Assembly (NCBI GenBank): GCA_028282585.1
Contig: JANQHR010000097.1
Location: 32,001 to 96,000 of the forward strand
From: Bacteroidales bacterium
GTDB taxonomy: Bacteria > Bacteroidota > Bacteroidia > Bacteroidales > UBA12077
DNA: 64,000 nt
Direction of reading: 5' to 3'
How positions within the stretch are numbered: the stretch's first letter is position 1; every line of letters begins with the position of its first letter. The notes below the pieces were generated by a model. It did no database searches, was not told the DNA's origin, and saw only the letters and a program-made list of their open reading frames with translations. Made by a program: the position numbers and the translations under genes. Below, in pieces: positions 61,362 to 64,000 of the stretch.

Positions 61362-62097
61362 CTTTGTCAGAGTTCATTAAATTTACTTCCTTCTCAATTA
61401 ATTCCTTGACTTCCGAAGCCAACTCATTAGTTTCTTTATCCTTAAAATACGCGTAAGAAATCTCGTTTAATATTTTAACGCGTACTTTATGCTTCCCTTT
61501 AAAAATGCCATAAGGATAAATTAGCGGATAATCAGTTCCATGAATAGCTATAGGTAAAATTGGGACCTTTGCTTCTTTTGCAATTTTAAATGCTCCTTCT
61601 TTAAAGTTTCCTATTTTACCTGTTTTAGACCTTGTACCTTCCGGGAATATAACTATCGTGGATCCATTCCTAAGAACTTTTTCAGCATCAATTATCATTT
61701 TTTTAATACTCGATTTGCTTGTTCTTTGTAGTTTTATGTCACCTTTTAATTTCATAAACCATCCATAAAATGGAATTTTGAAGACTTCCGCTTTTGATAT
61801 CCACCTAAATCTAAACCCTAATCTGTAAATTACAAGTATATCTTCTTGTGATTGGTGATTTGCAACAACAACTTTTGTTTTATTATTAAGTTTTTCTTTA
61901 CCAACTAAAGTAACTTTCCATCCAGGGGTTAGAATAGTAAAAAGGCTACCCCAAAAATTTCCAAAACTATGCAGAATAACCAAATTTTTGTCAATCAAAA
62001 AAGTTAACAGCCAAACCAAAAAAAACATTGGTGAAAGAGTTACTGTTAAAGTAATAATCATTAACCAAACGTAAACTGAGAAGACTATTCTTGACAT
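61351..62097 (-). CDS. plsC: 1-acyl-sn-glycerol-3-phosphate acyltransferase (PlsC family)
   Basis: NHQSQEDI (HxxxxD), FPEGTRS, PILPI. A TACTTTTG box lies on the minus strand at 62126-62133. Confidence 0.88.
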   Translation of the reverse strand: MSRIVFSVYVWLMIITLTVTLSPMFFLVWLLTFLIDKNLVILHSFGNFWGSLFTILTPGWKVTLVGKEKLNNKTKVVVANHQSQEDILVIYRLGFRFRWISKAEVFKIPFYGWFMKLKGDIKLQRTSKSSIKKMIIDAEKVLRNGSTIVIFPEGTRSKTGKIGNFKEGAFKIAKEAKVPILPIAIHGTDYPLIYPYGIFKGKHKVRVKILNEISYAYFKDKETNELASEVKELIEKEVNLMNSDKDAG

Positions 62098-62468
62098 AAG
62101 TGTTTTTCAAAAATAATAAGCTCTACAAAAGTATCGTTTTAACTTGAAAAATTACTTTTTTCAGTTATGAAAGTCGCTAAAAAGTTCATGAGTTTTTTAC
62201 TTAAACCATAAGTTTGTAGTCGAAACCGAACTAATTATAGTTGTTCGGGGGGTAAGCCTTGTAATTATTTATAAAATATTATAAAATAACTCCGGACAAA
62301 GCTGATTAATTATTAAATTATTTCGTTTATGTATTAATCAGATTAATTTAATAATTTGTTTTCACTTTAAATTATTTTCAATCTTGGTATATTTTTTGAA
62401 AATTATATATTACTTATTAATTTCACGCAGAATAAGAACTCTTATTTGACTAATAAAACTCAGGAATT

Positions 62469-63029
62469 ATGAAAACCAAAACCTTTATTATCTCATTGCT
62501 GGCTTTTTTTATGAGTTTACCATTAATGGCACAAGAAGAGCAGACTGAACTTGACACAATTTACATGTTAGGTAAAAGAAAATTAGTTGTAGAAGTAAAA
62601 AATATATCATCTTCAATGGTTAGGTACCTTGAACCAGGTAAGGATGAAGTTATAACTTTACAAAGAAAACAAATTCAAAAAATTGTATTTAGTAACGGTA
62701 GAAAAGAAGTATTTAACAAACCGGTTATTATGATGGTTGAAGAGGGCGACTGGAAAACTGTTATTTTAACTGATAGGAAAAATGATGTTGAAGGATTGTA
62801 CGAATTAGGAAAGGTTAATGCTAAATCATCTGCAGGTAGCCGGAATGCAAAATCTGCTAAAAAAAGTGCACGTATCAGACTTCAGAAGAGAGCAGCAAAT
62901 TTAGGAGGTACAATAGTTCTTATTACAAAAGAACAATCGGTTGGTGGATTTGGAGAGCCTCCCACTTATGAAGTAGAAGGAATGGCATACGGTTTTGAAC
63001 CACCAAAGAAAGAGGAAGAAGAAAATTAA
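62469..63029 (+). CDS. Exported hypothetical protein
   Basis: Signal peptide (MAQ cleavage); clean 186-aa ORF followed by a terminator. Confidence 0.7.
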   Translation: MKTKTFIISLLAFFMSLPLMAQEEQTELDTIYMLGKRKLVVEVKNISSSMVRYLEPGKDEVITLQRKQIQKIVFSNGRKEVFNKPVIMMVEEGDWKTVILTDRKNDVEGLYELGKVNAKSSAGSRNAKSAKKSARIRLQKRAANLGGTIVLITKEQSVGGFGEPPTYEVEGMAYGFEPPKKEEEEN

Positions 63030-63034
63030 ATAAT

Positions 63035-63063
63035 AAAGGGAGTTTAACACTCCCTTTTGTTTT
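63035..63063. terminator. Bidirectional intrinsic terminator
   Basis: AAAGGGAGT / ACTCCCTTT stem with T-tract, between convergent genes. Confidence 0.75.
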
Positions 63064-63065
63064 TA

Positions 63066-64000
63066 TTAGTTTAGTTTACTTGCTTCTTCTATTCCCTGAA
63101 TAAAGACTAAATCTTTTGGAATTCTGGCTTTCTGGATACTATACAAATCTTGTAATAACTCGTCGCGTATAAATCCTTTACCATCAACAAGCTTTTTTGC
63201 TGCGTCATAATTACCATCTCCTTGTATAACCAATATTTCTTCTGATAATTTCAACATTGCTTCTTTCATTTTATTAAAATCAATTTTATACTTTCCTGAT
63301 TTATCACGTTCGAAAGCTCCCATTTCCTCAAAATAATAGAATCTAATCATATTTGCCACACCTTGATCATTTGAAATTCCGAATCTTACAGAACGGAAAA
63401 CATCAGCCATATACGTTACATAATTATCCATAAGATCACCTTCACTCATTTCTCCCATTTCATATAACTTGGTAACAAAAAACAAACTAAGGATATCATT
63501 CTTACATTCAGCAATTACATTGTATTGCTCTTTTAAAGCATCGCGTATCGTTCCATTTCCATTTACAGTATTTTTCATTCCTAAAGCACTTCCAATTTCG
63601 TAAAACATAGTATTTTCGAAGAATGCTTTTGATTTTACATGTTTTAGCTGATCTTCATCTATTAATATTTCGCTAATGGGCATTAATATTTTATCAAACT
63701 TAGCCTCCATAACATTTTTGAATTGAAGCTTTCGACTTCCTACTTTTAACTGAACCTGACCATCAATTGGTAATGTAATTGCAATTTTCTTGCTTCCTGT
63801 ATTCCAATAACCAGAACAATATATAACATCATACACCATTATGTCTGATAAATCACCGGGAATTTCAGTTTTATACGTATCATCAACAGGTAAGCTTTTC
63901 TGTAAAAAAGGAAGCAAAAGTGAATATTTTTCAAGATCCTTACTAAACTTTTTATCTTTTATTAGGATCATTGATTGATAGGATGCTTTTGTATAGTAAA
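63066..64000 (-). CDS. Dipeptidyl-peptidase III (M49)/Nudix3-like homologue with a degenerate Zn motif, 5' truncated by the window edge
   Basis: The frame stays open to the window end (YYTKASYQSMILIKD). Family segments GSRKLQFKNVMEAKFDKIL, GTIRDALKE, FRSVRFG, QGDGNY are present, but the HExxH position reads YEIGS. Confidence 0.8.
   Translation of the reverse strand, partial: YYTKASYQSMILIKDKKFSKDLEKYSLLLPFLQKSLPVDDTYKTEIPGDLSDIMVYDVIYCSGYWNTGSKKIAITLPIDGQVQLKVGSRKLQFKNVMEAKFDKILMPISEILIDEDQLKHVKSKAFFENTMFYEIGSALGMKNTVNGNGTIRDALKEQYNVIAECKNDILSLFFVTKLYEMGEMSEGDLMDNYVTYMADVFRSVRFGISNDQGVANMIRFYYFEEMGAFERDKSGKYKIDFNKMKEAMLKLSEEILVIQGDGNYDAAKKLVDGKGFIRDELLQDLYSIQKARIPKDLVFIQGIEEASKLN

Noticed and set aside
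1-64000. CRISPR arrays, tRNA/rRNA genes, IS elements, anti-phage defence operons
   Set aside because: I saw no regularly spaced repeats, cloverleaf or rRNA-like segments, or transposase, integrase or nuclease ORFs. This was by visual inspection only.

Overview
AT-rich chromosomal segment of a Bacteroidota bacterium, most likely Bacteroidales/Marinilabiliales-like. The evidence is a Bacteroidetes-type SigA, TAnnTTTG promoter boxes, PorQ, a T9SS C-terminal domain and the acn-icd-gltA cluster. Most genes are housekeeping or core: the 3' part of an alternative complex III operon (actB-C-D-F-E), TCA enzymes, pepT, cmk-ispH-priA, parA-parB-mltD, an SGNH/SGNH/MBOAT O-acetylation cluster, an MsbA-like ABC transporter, and parC/parE. 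I saw no rRNA, tRNA, CRISPR array, integrase or transposase. The most notable items are: (1) a three-gene TlpA / Cys-motif outer-membrane barrel / T9SS-secreted redoxin operon, possibly a thiol-redox relay across the outer membrane; (2) an orphan Cys-rich double-glycine-type precursor peptide lying between lasT and a diverged second copy of the lasT 3' end, which looks like an integration scar; (3) a PlcP-like phosphoesterase, glycosyltransferase and DAG kinase locus with a candidate Pho-box-like site; (4) a DPP III (M49) homologue that has lost its Zn-binding histidines; (5) a flavinylated FMN-binding protein next to a NapH-like membrane ferredoxin. All family assignments come from motif recognition by eye, not from database searches.
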